From the NCBI GenBank assembly GCA_963815215.1, contig CAWFFU010000003.1, positions 64,001 through 128,000 of the forward strand: a stretch of 64,000 nucleotides of DNA, given 5' to 3'. Every line of letters starts with the position of its first letter. Positions within the stretch are counted from its first letter, which is position 1. Shown here one piece after another: positions 52,170 to 60,923 of this stretch. The notes beneath the pieces are model-generated. The model was not told the DNA's origin and did not search any database. It saw only the letters and a list, made by a program, of their open reading frames with translations. The translations under genes and the position numbers were made by a program. The DNA is from an uncultured Trueperaceae bacterium. GTDB taxonomy: Bacteria > Deinococcota > Deinococci > Deinococcales > Trueperaceae.

Positions 52170-52922
52170 CTAGTGCCGCCTCCTGCCCAGGTACGCTTCG
52201 ATGACCTTGGGGTCGTCGAGCACGTCCTCGGCCGTGCCTTCGGCGATGAGCTGGCCGTACTGCAACACCAGCAGCCGGTCGGAGAGTTGCCGGATGGCCT
52301 TGACCACGTGCTCGATCACCAGGATGGTGGTGCCGCCGTCGCGGATGCGGCGGATGAGGTCGACCACTTCGTCGATCTCCACGGCGTTGAGCCCGGCCAT
52401 GACCTCGTCGAGCAGCAGCAGCCGGGGTTTCAGCGCCAGGGCCTTGGCGAGCTCCAAGCGCTTGCGGTCGGGGCCGCCGAGGGCGTCGGCGGGCTGGTCG
52501 AGCTTGTCGCCCAACCCGGTGAACTCGAGCCAGTGCGCGGCCGCGTCCCGGGCCGCCGGCATCGAGCGTTCCGGCTGACGACCGAACAGCGCGCCGGCAG
52601 TGACGTTGTCGAGGACGCTCAGGCCGGGGAACGGCTTCATGATCTGGAAGGTGCGGCCGATGCCAAGATGGGCGCGGCGGTAAGGGGGGAGGCCCCTGAG
52701 GGGTCTCCCGTCGAACAGGAGCGCTCCGCTGGTCGGTTCCTGGGTGCCGCTGATCAGGTTGATCAGCGTCGTCTTGCCCGCGCCGTTGGGGCCGATGAGG
52801 CCCAGGATCTCGCCCTCGGCGTGGCGGAAGGAAACGTCGGACACGGCTACCAGACCGCCGTAACGCTTGCTGACGTGGCGCGCCTCGAACAGGGCCCCGC
52901 CGCTCCCGGCCGACGCCGTCAC
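52170..52922 (-). CDS. livG: Branched-chain amino acid-type ABC transporter ATPase (LivG-like)
   Basis: KRYGGLVAV, GLIGPNGAGKTT, RTFQ, LLLDEVMAGL, IEH, AYLG; GTG overlaps the livM-like stop. Confidence 0.92.
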   Translation of the reverse strand: MTASAGSGGALFEARHVSKRYGGLVAVSDVSFRHAEGEILGLIGPNGAGKTTLINLISGTQEPTSGALLFDGRPLRGLPPYRRAHLGIGRTFQIMKPFPGLSVLDNVTAGALFGRQPERSMPAARDAAAHWLEFTGLGDKLDQPADALGGPDRKRLELAKALALKPRLLLLDEVMAGLNAVEIDEVVDLIRRIRDGGTTILVIEHVVKAIRQLSDRLLVLQYGQLIAEGTAEDVLDDPKVIEAYLGRRRH

Positions 52923-53866
52923 AGCCGTGTCTCCCGGACCGTGTCGAGGAAGTAGGCCAGCCCTCGACGGGGGAGTTTGCGCACGGCGTCGATGACGCCG
53001 CGCGGCGTGAACACCACCGCGGCGATGATCACCAGGCCGAAGAAGAGACTGGCCACGCCGGTGACGTAGGACGCCAGCACCTCGGCCACGCCCGACAACA
53101 GGAAGGCGCCGATGACGGGCCCGATGACGGTGCCGGCTCCGCCGAACACCGCCATGATGATCATGCGTACGTTGAGCGAGATATCGAAGGCGCTGGCGGG
53201 ATCGATGAAGGTGATCCAGTAGGCATGGATGCCCCCGGCCAGGGCGCTGAACAGGGCGGCCAGACCGAACGCCAGCGTCTTGTAGAGCGTGGTCGGGATG
53301 CCCATGACTTCGGCGGCGTCCTCGCGTTCGCGGATGGCGATGAGGCCGAAGCCGAAGCGGCTTCGCGACAGCCACAGCACCGTCAGCGTGGCGAGCACCA
53401 CCAGGCCCAGGCTGAGTTCGTAGAACATGGTGTCGCCGCGGATGAGCGGCAGGATGAGTCCGGTGTTGCGACCGGTGATATCGAGGTTGGCGATGATGGC
53501 CGCGACGGCTTCGGAGAGGGCGAGCGTGGTGATGGCGAAGTAGTGGCCCCGCAAGCGCAACACGGGCAGGCCGAGCACCAGCGCGAACCCCACCGCCACG
53601 CCGGCGCCGATGACCAGCCCCAGCCAGAACGGCAGCTTGAACTGTACCATCGCCACCGCCGTACCGTAGGTGCCGAGGCCGTAGAACACCGAGTTCCCGA
53701 ACGAGGCGTACCCGGTGAAGCCGCCGATGATGTTCCAGCCCTGGGCCAGCACCGCCAGCAGGAGCGTGCTGATGCCGAACTGGACGATCACCGGCGACAG
53801 CGTGAACGGCACCAGCGCCAGCGCGGCCACCGCCGCCAGCGCCAGGATCCAGACCAGGGCCCTCAC
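52919..53866 (-). CDS. livM: ABC transporter permease (LivM-like)
   Basis: WNIIGGFTGYASFG, LRLRGHYFAITTL, AIREREDAAEVMGI, GGAGT. Confidence 0.9.
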   Translation of the reverse strand: MRALVWILALAAVAALALVPFTLSPVIVQFGISTLLLAVLAQGWNIIGGFTGYASFGNSVFYGLGTYGTAVAMVQFKLPFWLGLVIGAGVAVGFALVLGLPVLRLRGHYFAITTLALSEAVAAIIANLDITGRNTGLILPLIRGDTMFYELSLGLVVLATLTVLWLSRSRFGFGLIAIREREDAAEVMGIPTTLYKTLAFGLAALFSALAGGIHAYWITFIDPASAFDISLNVRMIIMAVFGGAGTVIGPVIGAFLLSGVAEVLASYVTGVASLFFGLVIIAAVVFTPRGVIDAVRKLPRRGLAYFLDTVRETRL

Positions 53867-54723
53867 GTGGTCCTCCCCAGGATGCCGGTGGGGCGAACGA
53901 TCAGCACCAGCACCAGCAGGCCCAGGCTCACCGCGTCACGGTAGGTGGGACCGAGCCACAGGCTGCCGAACGCTTCGGCCAGCCCCAGCACCAGGCCGCC
54001 GACGATGACGCCGAGCGGGTTGTCCAGGCCGCCGATGATGGCGATCGCGAAGGACTTGGCGGTCAGCGGGACGCCCACGTAAGGGGTGAGCTGGGCGACG
54101 ACGCCGTAGAGCGTGCCGGCGCCGCCTGCCAGCGCCGCGCCGATCCCGAACGTCAGGGCGTAGGCGAAGCGCGGCGGCACCCCGTGTAGGCGCGCCGCGT
54201 CGAGGTTCTGGGCGGTCGCGCGGATAGCGCGTCCCCAGCGCTGACGCTTCAGGAAGAGCGCGAGCAGGCCGGTGAGCAGCATCGCCACCACGAAGGCCAT
54301 CAGGTTGGCCCAGGGGATGGTGACGCCCAGGAACTGGAAGTTGCTCCCGGCGTAAGCGGGACGGATGGTCCTGAGGTCGGCCGAGAACAGGAGCTGTGCG
54401 AGATAGGTCAACACCACGTCGATGCCGAAGGTGACGAGCAGCATGTTGAACATGGGGGCGCGGACCAGGAAGTTGAGAAGCCCCCACTGGATCAGATAGC
54501 CGACCACGAACATCGCCGCCATCACCAGCGGCAAGCTCGCGAAGGGGTCGAGGCCCAGGCCCGTGAAGAGGTAGTAGGCAAGGTAGCCGCCCAGCATGAT
54601 GAAGGCCCCGTGGGCGAGGTTGATGATGTCGAGCACGCCCCACACCAGAGCCAGCCCGAGCGCGACGACGGCGTACAGGCCGCCCAGCAGGATGCCGTTG
54701 GTGAGGACCTGGAGGACTAGCAC
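53863..54723 (-). CDS. livH: ABC transporter permease (LivH-like)
   Basis: NGILLGGLYA..ALGL.LVWGV..IINLAHG, GRAIRATAQN, IIGGL. Confidence 0.9.
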   Translation of the reverse strand: MLVLQVLTNGILLGGLYAVVALGLALVWGVLDIINLAHGAFIMLGGYLAYYLFTGLGLDPFASLPLVMAAMFVVGYLIQWGLLNFLVRAPMFNMLLVTFGIDVVLTYLAQLLFSADLRTIRPAYAGSNFQFLGVTIPWANLMAFVVAMLLTGLLALFLKRQRWGRAIRATAQNLDAARLHGVPPRFAYALTFGIGAALAGGAGTLYGVVAQLTPYVGVPLTAKSFAIAIIGGLDNPLGVIVGGLVLGLAEAFGSLWLGPTYRDAVSLGLLVLVLIVRPTGILGRTT

Positions 54724-54850
54724 GGTCGCCCCCTACGCGGCGGGCGCGTGCAGGCGCGCCGCGACCGACCCGGAGGTCGATCGCGGCGCGGGTCGGCGGC
54801 GGCCCGCCTGTCCAGGACGGGCCGCACGCGGACTCCGGGTTCGCAGGGCG

Positions 54851-56053
54851 CTAGCGCGCGCTCCATGCCGGCATCGGATACTGGGGTTGCGTCTCGAAGC
54901 TCGTGCCGCTATAGACGGTGGCCAGCTTGCCGTTCTGGACCTGGATGACGGTCTGCGGCAGGTCGATCTGGCCGGTGGCGCCGAACTGGACGTGGCCGTA
55001 GAGGCTGGCGAACGAGACGTTGGCGATGGCGTCCCGCACGGCTTTCGGATCCAGGCTGCCGGCCGTCTCGAACGCCTTCACGAAGGCTTCGACATCGGCC
55101 ACGCCGGAGGCGGCGTGATAGTCGGGCTCGTAGCCGAAGCGCTTGTTGTAGGCCTGCTCGAACTGCGCGGCGTCCCCGAAGTAGGGGTCCTTGAGGCTCG
55201 CCAACGGCAGCCAGGGCGTCATGCCGAAAGCGTAGTTGGCGTCGGCGGCGAGCGCTTGACGGAAGTCGGCGGTCGGCACGCCCACGGTGAAGGAGTACAT
55301 CTTGGGACTGAAGTTGAGGCTCTTGGCCTGACGGATGAAATTGAGCGACTCGGTCTCGTGGCCGGCGACCAGCACGGCGTCAGGGTTCTTGCTCTTGAGC
55401 TGCGAGATCAGGGTGCTGAAGTCCGACGCGTTGGTGCTGTAGCGCTGGTCCAGTACCACGTCGATGCCGGCGGCTTGCGCCAGCTTCTTGGTGCCCTCGG
55501 CGACGCTGACGTCGAACGAGTCGTCGGCGTAGAGCAGGCCGATCGACTTGACGGGCGGGTTCAGCTTGCCCATCATCTCTATGGTGCTCTTGAAGTACGA
55601 GCCGGCGGCCGGCAGGGTGCCGAAGATGTACTTGTAGCCGCGGCTGAAGATCTGGCCGGAGGACCCGCCGCCTTCGATCATCGGGACCTGGTACTTCTCG
55701 GCCACGGCCGAGGTCACCAGCACGAAGTCGCTCGCGTAGGGCCCGAGCAGGAAGTCGACCTTGTCCTGCGTCAACAGCTGGGTGTACTGACGCACGGCCA
55801 GGTTGTTGTCCGATTGGTTGTCGAGCACCTTGAGCGCGAGCTGGTAGGTCTTGCCGCCCACCGTGACGCCGCCCTGCTGATTGATGGTGTCGATCGCCAT
55901 CTGGAAGGCGTCCCGATAGTAGCGACCGGTGTTGGCGAGGCTGCCGGTGAGCTGCAGCGACGCGCCGAACGTGATGGTCTGAGCCGAGGCTGTGACGCCG
56001 AACCCCACGAGGGCCAGCACCAGGGCAACGACGACGAACTTGACGGTTCGCAT
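54851..56053 (-). CDS. Type-I periplasmic amino acid-binding protein (LivK/LivJ superfamily)
   Basis: Signal peptide, [21 protein letters not shown]; first gene of the liv-like operon. Ligand not assignable. Confidence 0.9.
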   Translation of the reverse strand: MRTVKFVVVALVLALVGFGVTASAQTITFGASLQLTGSLANTGRYYRDAFQMAIDTINQQGGVTVGGKTYQLALKVLDNQSDNNLAVRQYTQLLTQDKVDFLLGPYASDFVLVTSAVAEKYQVPMIEGGGSSGQIFSRGYKYIFGTLPAAGSYFKSTIEMMGKLNPPVKSIGLLYADDSFDVSVAEGTKKLAQAAGIDVVLDQRYSTNASDFSTLISQLKSKNPDAVLVAGHETESLNFIRQAKSLNFSPKMYSFTVGVPTADFRQALAADANYAFGMTPWLPLASLKDPYFGDAAQFEQAYNKRFGYEPDYHAASGVADVEAFVKAFETAGSLDPKAVRDAIANVSFASLYGHVQFGATGQIDLPQTVIQVQNGKLATVYSGTSFETQPQYPMPAWSAR

Positions 56054-56232
56054 CCGACCTTCCCCCTTTCGGCGCGGCGCTCCGCGCCAAAGAAGCGTGA
56101 ACTCATGTCACCATACCTCGCTGCGTTGGTGGTGGTACATCGTGGCGCCGGGTACACCGCCGTGGGGCGCGCGCCGGCCCCGGCTAGGTCCGGCGCGCGC
56201 CAGGCGCGGGGCATCGGGTAGACTGGTCGACC

Positions 56233-57120
56233 GTGATCCGAAGCCTCACGCCCGACGAGGTCGCCTGGTTCGTGAGCCGGGCCGTCGGCTACCTCGGCCA
56301 CTCCGATCCGCGCGGCCTCGCGCAGCGGCTCGCCCCGCGCCTGCGCGATCCCGCTACCGACGCCGCGCGTTGCTTCGTGCACAGCGTCGAGGGGGAGCCG
56401 TCGGCGGGCGTGTACGTGCGGGCGCCGGCACCCGAGGACGACGACCAGACACTGACGCTGGTGAGTCCCTGGCACGTCGATGACCCACAGGGTTTGCGGG
56501 CCCTGGTCGTGGAGATGCTCGAGCGTTTCCCCCATGAAGCGGCGGCGGCTCCTCTGCACGCCGTCCCGGAACGCGTCTCGGCGGAGCTGGCAACGGTGCT
56601 CGCGCCGTTGGGCTTCAAGCGCGACGAGATCCGGCGGGTGCGCTTCGAGCTGGCCGACGTTCCCCCGCTGGGGTTGCCGCTGGTCCTGGAGTCCTGGTCG
56701 CCGCCGCTGGATCGGTCGTTCCGGGACCTGTACGAGCGCGCCGAAGCGCGCAGCGTGAGCGATCGCTTGTGGGCCTACCTGAAGCGTCGCCACGGATCGT
56801 TCCGGCCCGATCTGTGGTTCGTGGCGAGCGAGACGCTCGATCAGGATCCGGTGGGCTACGCCCTGTGCGGAGCGGAGCGCCGGGGCCTGGACGCCGGATA
56901 CGTCATGAACGGCGTCGGCGTGTTGCAGGAGCATCGCGAGTCGAGCGAGATGCTACGGCGGCTGGTCGTCTCCACGCTGAACGAGCTGGCAGGCGTGAGC
57001 CCCTTCGGCACGGTGTTGGCCGAGCTCAGCACGTCCGACCCCAAGCTGATCGATATCCTGATGTCGCTGGGGTTCACGACCGTGGAGCGCTACGCGCTGC
57101 TTTTCAGGATGCCGGCCTGA
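56233..57120 (+). CDS. Hypothetical protein, possibly a degenerate tandem GNAT fold
   Basis: IRSLT..E start, PVGYAL, GVGVL..HR, and LGF ends in both halves; GTG lies 8 nt after TAGACT. Confidence 0.7.
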   Translation: MIRSLTPDEVAWFVSRAVGYLGHSDPRGLAQRLAPRLRDPATDAARCFVHSVEGEPSAGVYVRAPAPEDDDQTLTLVSPWHVDDPQGLRALVVEMLERFPHEAAAAPLHAVPERVSAELATVLAPLGFKRDEIRRVRFELADVPPLGLPLVLESWSPPLDRSFRDLYERAEARSVSDRLWAYLKRRHGSFRPDLWFVASETLDQDPVGYALCGAERRGLDAGYVMNGVGVLQEHRESSEMLRRLVVSTLNELAGVSPFGTVLAELSTSDPKLIDILMSLGFTTVERYALLFRMPA

Positions 57121-57172
57121 GGTCGACGGGGTTCGTCGACGTCGACGGCGCCTGCGCCGCTATACTCGCGCC

Positions 57173-57535
57173 ATGAATCTCCTTCTGCGTTGGGCCCTCA
57201 ACGCGCTGGCCCTATGGCTGACCGTCGCGCTCCACGTGGGGTTGTCGATCGTGCCCCCCACGGTGGGGGCCTACCTCGTGGCCGCCCTCGTCCTGGGCCT
57301 CGTCAACGCCGTGGTCCGTCCGCTGATGGTGCTGCTCACCCTGCCCCTGACGATCCTCAGCTTCGGGCTGTTCCTGCTGGTGGTCAACGGGCTCGCCATC
57401 GCCGTCGTCGCCGCCCTGACGCCGCTGGCGGTGAGCGGCTTCGGGGGCGCGGTGCTGGGTGCGCTGGTGCTCACCGTCGTCAGCGCCGTGCTGTCGCGGC
57501 TGCTCAGCGACAGGCGCGGCGCCCGCCGCCTCTAG
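57173..57535 (+). CDS. YvlD/DUF360 membrane protein ('phage holin family 4')
   Basis: ALVLGLVNAVVRP..LLTLPLTILSFGLFLLVVN; four TM segments. Confidence 0.88.
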   Translation: MNLLLRWALNALALWLTVALHVGLSIVPPTVGAYLVAALVLGLVNAVVRPLMVLLTLPLTILSFGLFLLVVNGLAIAVVAALTPLAVSGFGGAVLGALVLTVVSAVLSRLLSDRRGARRL

Positions 57536-57578
57536 CCCGCCGCCTCTGGGCTGTCCGCCACGTCACCGCTGCATCCTG

Positions 57579-58154
57579 TCAGGGGAGGTACTTCTCCCAG
57601 ATCGGATCGATGTCCGGAAGAACGCCGTAGGCACTGGAGAAGATGAATCGGGGAGCGTAGGGCCGGCGCTGCAGCGCCATCCCCGCCTCGTCGGGCGTGC
57701 GGTCGCGCTTGCGTGCGTTGCACCGCTTGCAGCAGGCCACCACGTTGTCCCAGTTGGTGGGGCCGCCACGGCTGCGCGGCAGGACGTGATCGAGGGTCAG
57801 ATCGTTGCTACGGGTGCCGCAGTACTGGCAGGTGTGGTCGTCGCGCTTGAAGAGGTTGCGCCGGTTGAACGCGACGCGCTGCCTGAACGGGCGCTTCACG
57901 AAGCGCCTGAGCCGGATCACGCTGGGAACAGGGAAATCCCGATTGACGGAGCGGAGCACCTTGTCGCCGTCCTCGACGCGCTCGGCCACCTCGTGCATGA
58001 GCAGGGCCACCGCCCGCTTCAGCGAGCAGACGTGGAGGGGCTCGAAGCTGGCGTTCAGGATGAGGACGCGTGCACTGTTGACGTTGAGAAGCGGCGCCCG
58101 GTACGCCCAGCGCTCGCCTTCGGGAACGGCGCGCTCGGCCCCGGTCCCGGCCAC
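57579..58154 (-). CDS. Stand-alone HNH endonuclease (start uncertain)
   Basis: VLILNASFEPL, PSVIRL, RDDHTCQYCG, LTLDHVLPRSRGG, WDNVVACCKRCNARK. Confidence 0.9.
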   Translation of the reverse strand: MAGTGAERAVPEGERWAYRAPLLNVNSARVLILNASFEPLHVCSLKRAVALLMHEVAERVEDGDKVLRSVNRDFPVPSVIRLRRFVKRPFRQRVAFNRRNLFKRDDHTCQYCGTRSNDLTLDHVLPRSRGGPTNWDNVVACCKRCNARKRDRTPDEAGMALQRRPYAPRFIFSSAYGVLPDIDPIWEKYLP

Positions 58155-58254
58155 GCCGGATCCATCGTCGGGCGGATTGTTCGGAGCTCGGGCGGCGGCC
58201 GTTACCTCCAGAATGGACTTGGGCGGAGTATAGCAGAGCGCTCGGCGCGGGCGC

Positions 58255-59292
58255 TCACCGCTCCTGCGTGGCGAGCGCGATCAGGGTGCGGATCAGCTCG
58301 GGGTAGGGGACGCCGGCGGCCTCCCACAGCTTCGGGTACATGCTGTGGCGGGTGAAGCCGGGGATGGTGTTGACCTCGTTGAGCAGCAAGGCGCCGTCGT
58401 CGGGGCGGTAGAGGAAGTCGACGCGCGCCAGGCCGGCGCCGTCGACGGCGCCGAACGCCCGCAGGGCGAGGTCGCGCGCTTTCTCGGCCACCGGCGCGGG
58501 TACGGGCGCCGGGATCAGGAGCTCGGCGCGGCCGTCGGTGTACTTGGCGTCGTAGTCGTAGAAGTCCGCACGGTAGCGGATCTCGCCCACCGGGCTCACC
58601 GTCGGAGCGTCGTTTCCCAGCACCGCCACTTCGAGCTCCCGCACGGGGTGGACGCCCTCCTCGACGATGACTCGGCGGTCGAAGCGGAAGGCGTCTTCGA
58701 TGGCATCGCTGAGCGCGTCGACGGTGTCGACCCGGCGCACGCCGATGCTCGAGCCCAGGTTGGCGGGCTTGACGAAGCGGGGCCAGGGCAAGTCGGCCAG
58801 GGGGTCCAGGCTCGATGCCCGATCGCGCTTCCAGGCCTCGCGGCTCACGCCCGCGTAGGCCACCTGAGGGAACCCGTGAGCAGCGAACACCGCCTTCATC
58901 ACGAGCTTGTCCATGGCCACCGCGCTGGCGAGGACGTCGGACCCCACGAAGGGGATGCCCAGCAATCGCAGCAACCCCTGCACGCTGCCGTCCTCGCCGT
59001 AGGGGCCGTGGAGCAACGGGAACACCACGTCGAAGCCGTCCCGGGCGAGGCGGGCCAGCGCGCCGGCGAACTCATCGCCACCCACGCCCGACAAGGCTCC
59101 GTCGTGCAGCACACGGCGCGAAGCCTCGTCCCCGAGCAGACGCCCGTGGCGGTCGATGACCCGCGGCGTGACATCGACCGCGTCGCCCAACGCTTCGAGC
59201 ACCGAACGCGCGGACGCCAGCGACACTTCGTGCTCCTCCGAGCGTCCGCCGCATAGGAGCAGGATGCGGGGCGCATTCGGGTCCAGCGTCAC
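58255..59292 (-). CDS. ddl: D-alanine--D-alanine ligase
   Basis: GGRSEEHEVSLASA, LHGPYGEDG, MDK, KPANLGSSIG, FYDYDAKY, ARVDF, NEVNTIPGFT..SMYP. Confidence 0.97.
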   Translation of the reverse strand: MTLDPNAPRILLLCGGRSEEHEVSLASARSVLEALGDAVDVTPRVIDRHGRLLGDEASRRVLHDGALSGVGGDEFAGALARLARDGFDVVFPLLHGPYGEDGSVQGLLRLLGIPFVGSDVLASAVAMDKLVMKAVFAAHGFPQVAYAGVSREAWKRDRASSLDPLADLPWPRFVKPANLGSSIGVRRVDTVDALSDAIEDAFRFDRRVIVEEGVHPVRELEVAVLGNDAPTVSPVGEIRYRADFYDYDAKYTDGRAELLIPAPVPAPVAEKARDLALRAFGAVDGAGLARVDFLYRPDDGALLLNEVNTIPGFTRHSMYPKLWEAAGVPYPELIRTLIALATQER

Positions 59293-59308
59293 CCGGGCTC
59301 CGACTTGG

Positions 59309-59323
59309 TGTGTAAGTTACACA
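59309..59323. promoter_or_regulatory. Perfect palindrome TGTGTAA-G-TTACACA at the ddl promoter (candidate operator)
   Basis: Lies between a minus-strand -10-like TACGAT (59332-59337) and the ddl GTG (59292). Confidence 0.55.
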
Positions 59324-59365
59324 TTGACACTATCGTAGGCCGGTGCGTCCCGCGGGTCAAGCGCG

Positions 59366-60142
59366 CTAGCCACGCCAGCGCGGCTCGCGCTTCTCCAGGA
59401 AGGCCCGCACGCCCTCGCGCAGTTCGTCGCGCTCGCGCGCCTCGGCGTTCACTTCGGCGGCGTGACGCAGACCGTCCTCCAGGCTCAGCGAGGGCACCGC
59501 GGCGAGAAGGGCCTTGCTGATCGCAAGGGAGCCGGGGGCGTTCCGGGCCAGACCGCGGGCCCGGTCGAGGGCGGCCGCCAGCACCTGCCCTGGAGCGGCT
59601 ACGTCGTTGACCAACCCGATGGCCGCCGCTTCCTCCGCCGAGATGAGACGTGCGCTCAAGAGCAGATCGCGAGCGTGCTTGTCGCCCACCTGCCGTACCA
59701 GGAAGACCGACACCAGCGCCGGCACGAAGCCGATGCGCGCCTCGGTGTAGCCGATGCGGGCGTTGCGGTCCATCACGGCCAGGTCGCAGGCGGTCACGAG
59801 TCCCGCCCCGCCCGCCACCGCCGGGCCGTTGACCGCGGCGACGACCGGCTTGGGGAGGGTCGCGATCTGTAGCAGCAGGTCGGCCAGGTCCCGCGAGTCG
59901 GTGCGGTTCTCTTCTGGACTGCGTTCGTTCATACCCTCCAGCTCGCGCAGGTCGAGGCCGGCACAGAAGGCGTCGCCGGCGCCCGTGAGCACCACCGCGC
60001 GCGTGTCCCGGTCGTCGGCCGCCGCGCGGAGCGCATGGCCGAGGGCCGCCCGAAGCTCCACGCTCAGCGCGTTCCGGACGGCCGGTCGATTCAGGGTGAG
60101 GATACGGACCGGGCCCTGGCGGTCCGTTAGGATGGGCTGCAT
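59366..60142 (-). CDS. Enoyl-CoA hydratase/crotonase family (methylglutaconyl-CoA hydratase-like)
   Basis: LNRP..RNAL, AFCAGLDL, KPVVAAVNGPAVAGG, TEARIGFVPA, EGVRAFLEKR.P.W. Confidence 0.92.
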   Translation of the reverse strand: MQPILTDRQGPVRILTLNRPAVRNALSVELRAALGHALRAAADDRDTRAVVLTGAGDAFCAGLDLRELEGMNERSPEENRTDSRDLADLLLQIATLPKPVVAAVNGPAVAGGAGLVTACDLAVMDRNARIGYTEARIGFVPALVSVFLVRQVGDKHARDLLLSARLISAEEAAAIGLVNDVAAPGQVLAAALDRARGLARNAPGSLAISKALLAAVPSLSLEDGLRHAAEVNAEARERDELREGVRAFLEKREPRWRG

Positions 60143-60209
60143 AGGAACATTCTACGGGCCGGTCGCGCGGAACCGGCCCGTGGTTCGCTCACTCCTGGGA
60201 GGCCGCACC

Positions 60210-60854
60210 CTGTACGCCACCGTTGACGCTCTGCAGCTCGTCGACTTCCGTCGCCGGGTCGCCGCCATGTACGAGGTTGCGCGGGCCGGGGCCGGTCCCG
60301 CCGAGGCCCGCTGGCGGCGCTTCCGGGCGCTTCGGGACGAGCTGTTCGCGGGCCATCCGTGTTCGCCACTGGGCGCCGCCGACCGCCTGGCGATGACGGG
60401 CATCCCCTACTTCCCATTCGAGCCGTCCGCCAGGGTGCTGGCCACCGCCGAGGACGCCCCGGACGAGCCCTTCGAGATCGTCCTGCATGACGATGGCGTG
60501 CTGGGCCTGGAACGCCTTTCCTGGCTTTCGTTCGAGCTCTTCGGCAAGCCCTGCAGGCTGGCGCTCTACCGCCTGTCGGGCTACGGGGGCGGGCTGTTCC
60601 TGCCGTTCCGCGACGGCACCTCCGGCGAGCGAACGTACGGCGGCGGGCGGTACCTCATCGACACGCGCAAGCTCGCCGATCTCGGCGTCGAGGGCGGTCG
60701 CCTGGTCCTCGACTTCAACTACGCCTACCACCCGAGCTGCGTCTACGGCCCGCGGTGGGATTGCCCGCTGGCACCTCCGGAGAACCGCCTCGAGCTGGCG
60801 ATTGAAGCGGGGGAGTGCCTACCCGTGGATGGCTGGTCGGCGTTGCGTGCGTGA
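60210..60854 (+). CDS. DUF1684-family protein (start uncertain: CTG 60210 or GTG 60180)
   Basis: RDELF..HP.SPL, LFLPFRDGTSG..TYGGGRYL, LDFNYAYHPSC.Y...W.CPL.PPENRL. Confidence 0.85.
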   Translation: MYATVDALQLVDFRRRVAAMYEVARAGAGPAEARWRRFRALRDELFAGHPCSPLGAADRLAMTGIPYFPFEPSARVLATAEDAPDEPFEIVLHDDGVLGLERLSWLSFELFGKPCRLALYRLSGYGGGLFLPFRDGTSGERTYGGGRYLIDTRKLADLGVEGGRLVLDFNYAYHPSCVYGPRWDCPLAPPENRLELAIEAGECLPVDGWSALRA

Positions 60855-60923
60855 GCTGCGCTCCGTCGGCCACCGTCGAGTCGGCTGCGCGCGTTGCGTA
60901 GCACGAGCACCTGGGAGGAAACC

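Noticed and set aside
57173..58154. Prophage or defence remnant (holin-family gene next to an HNH nuclease)
   Set aside because: YvlD/DUF360 and this HNH type are common chromosomal genes. They are convergent, show no obvious compositional shift, and there is no integrase, structural gene, methyltransferase or repeat array nearby.
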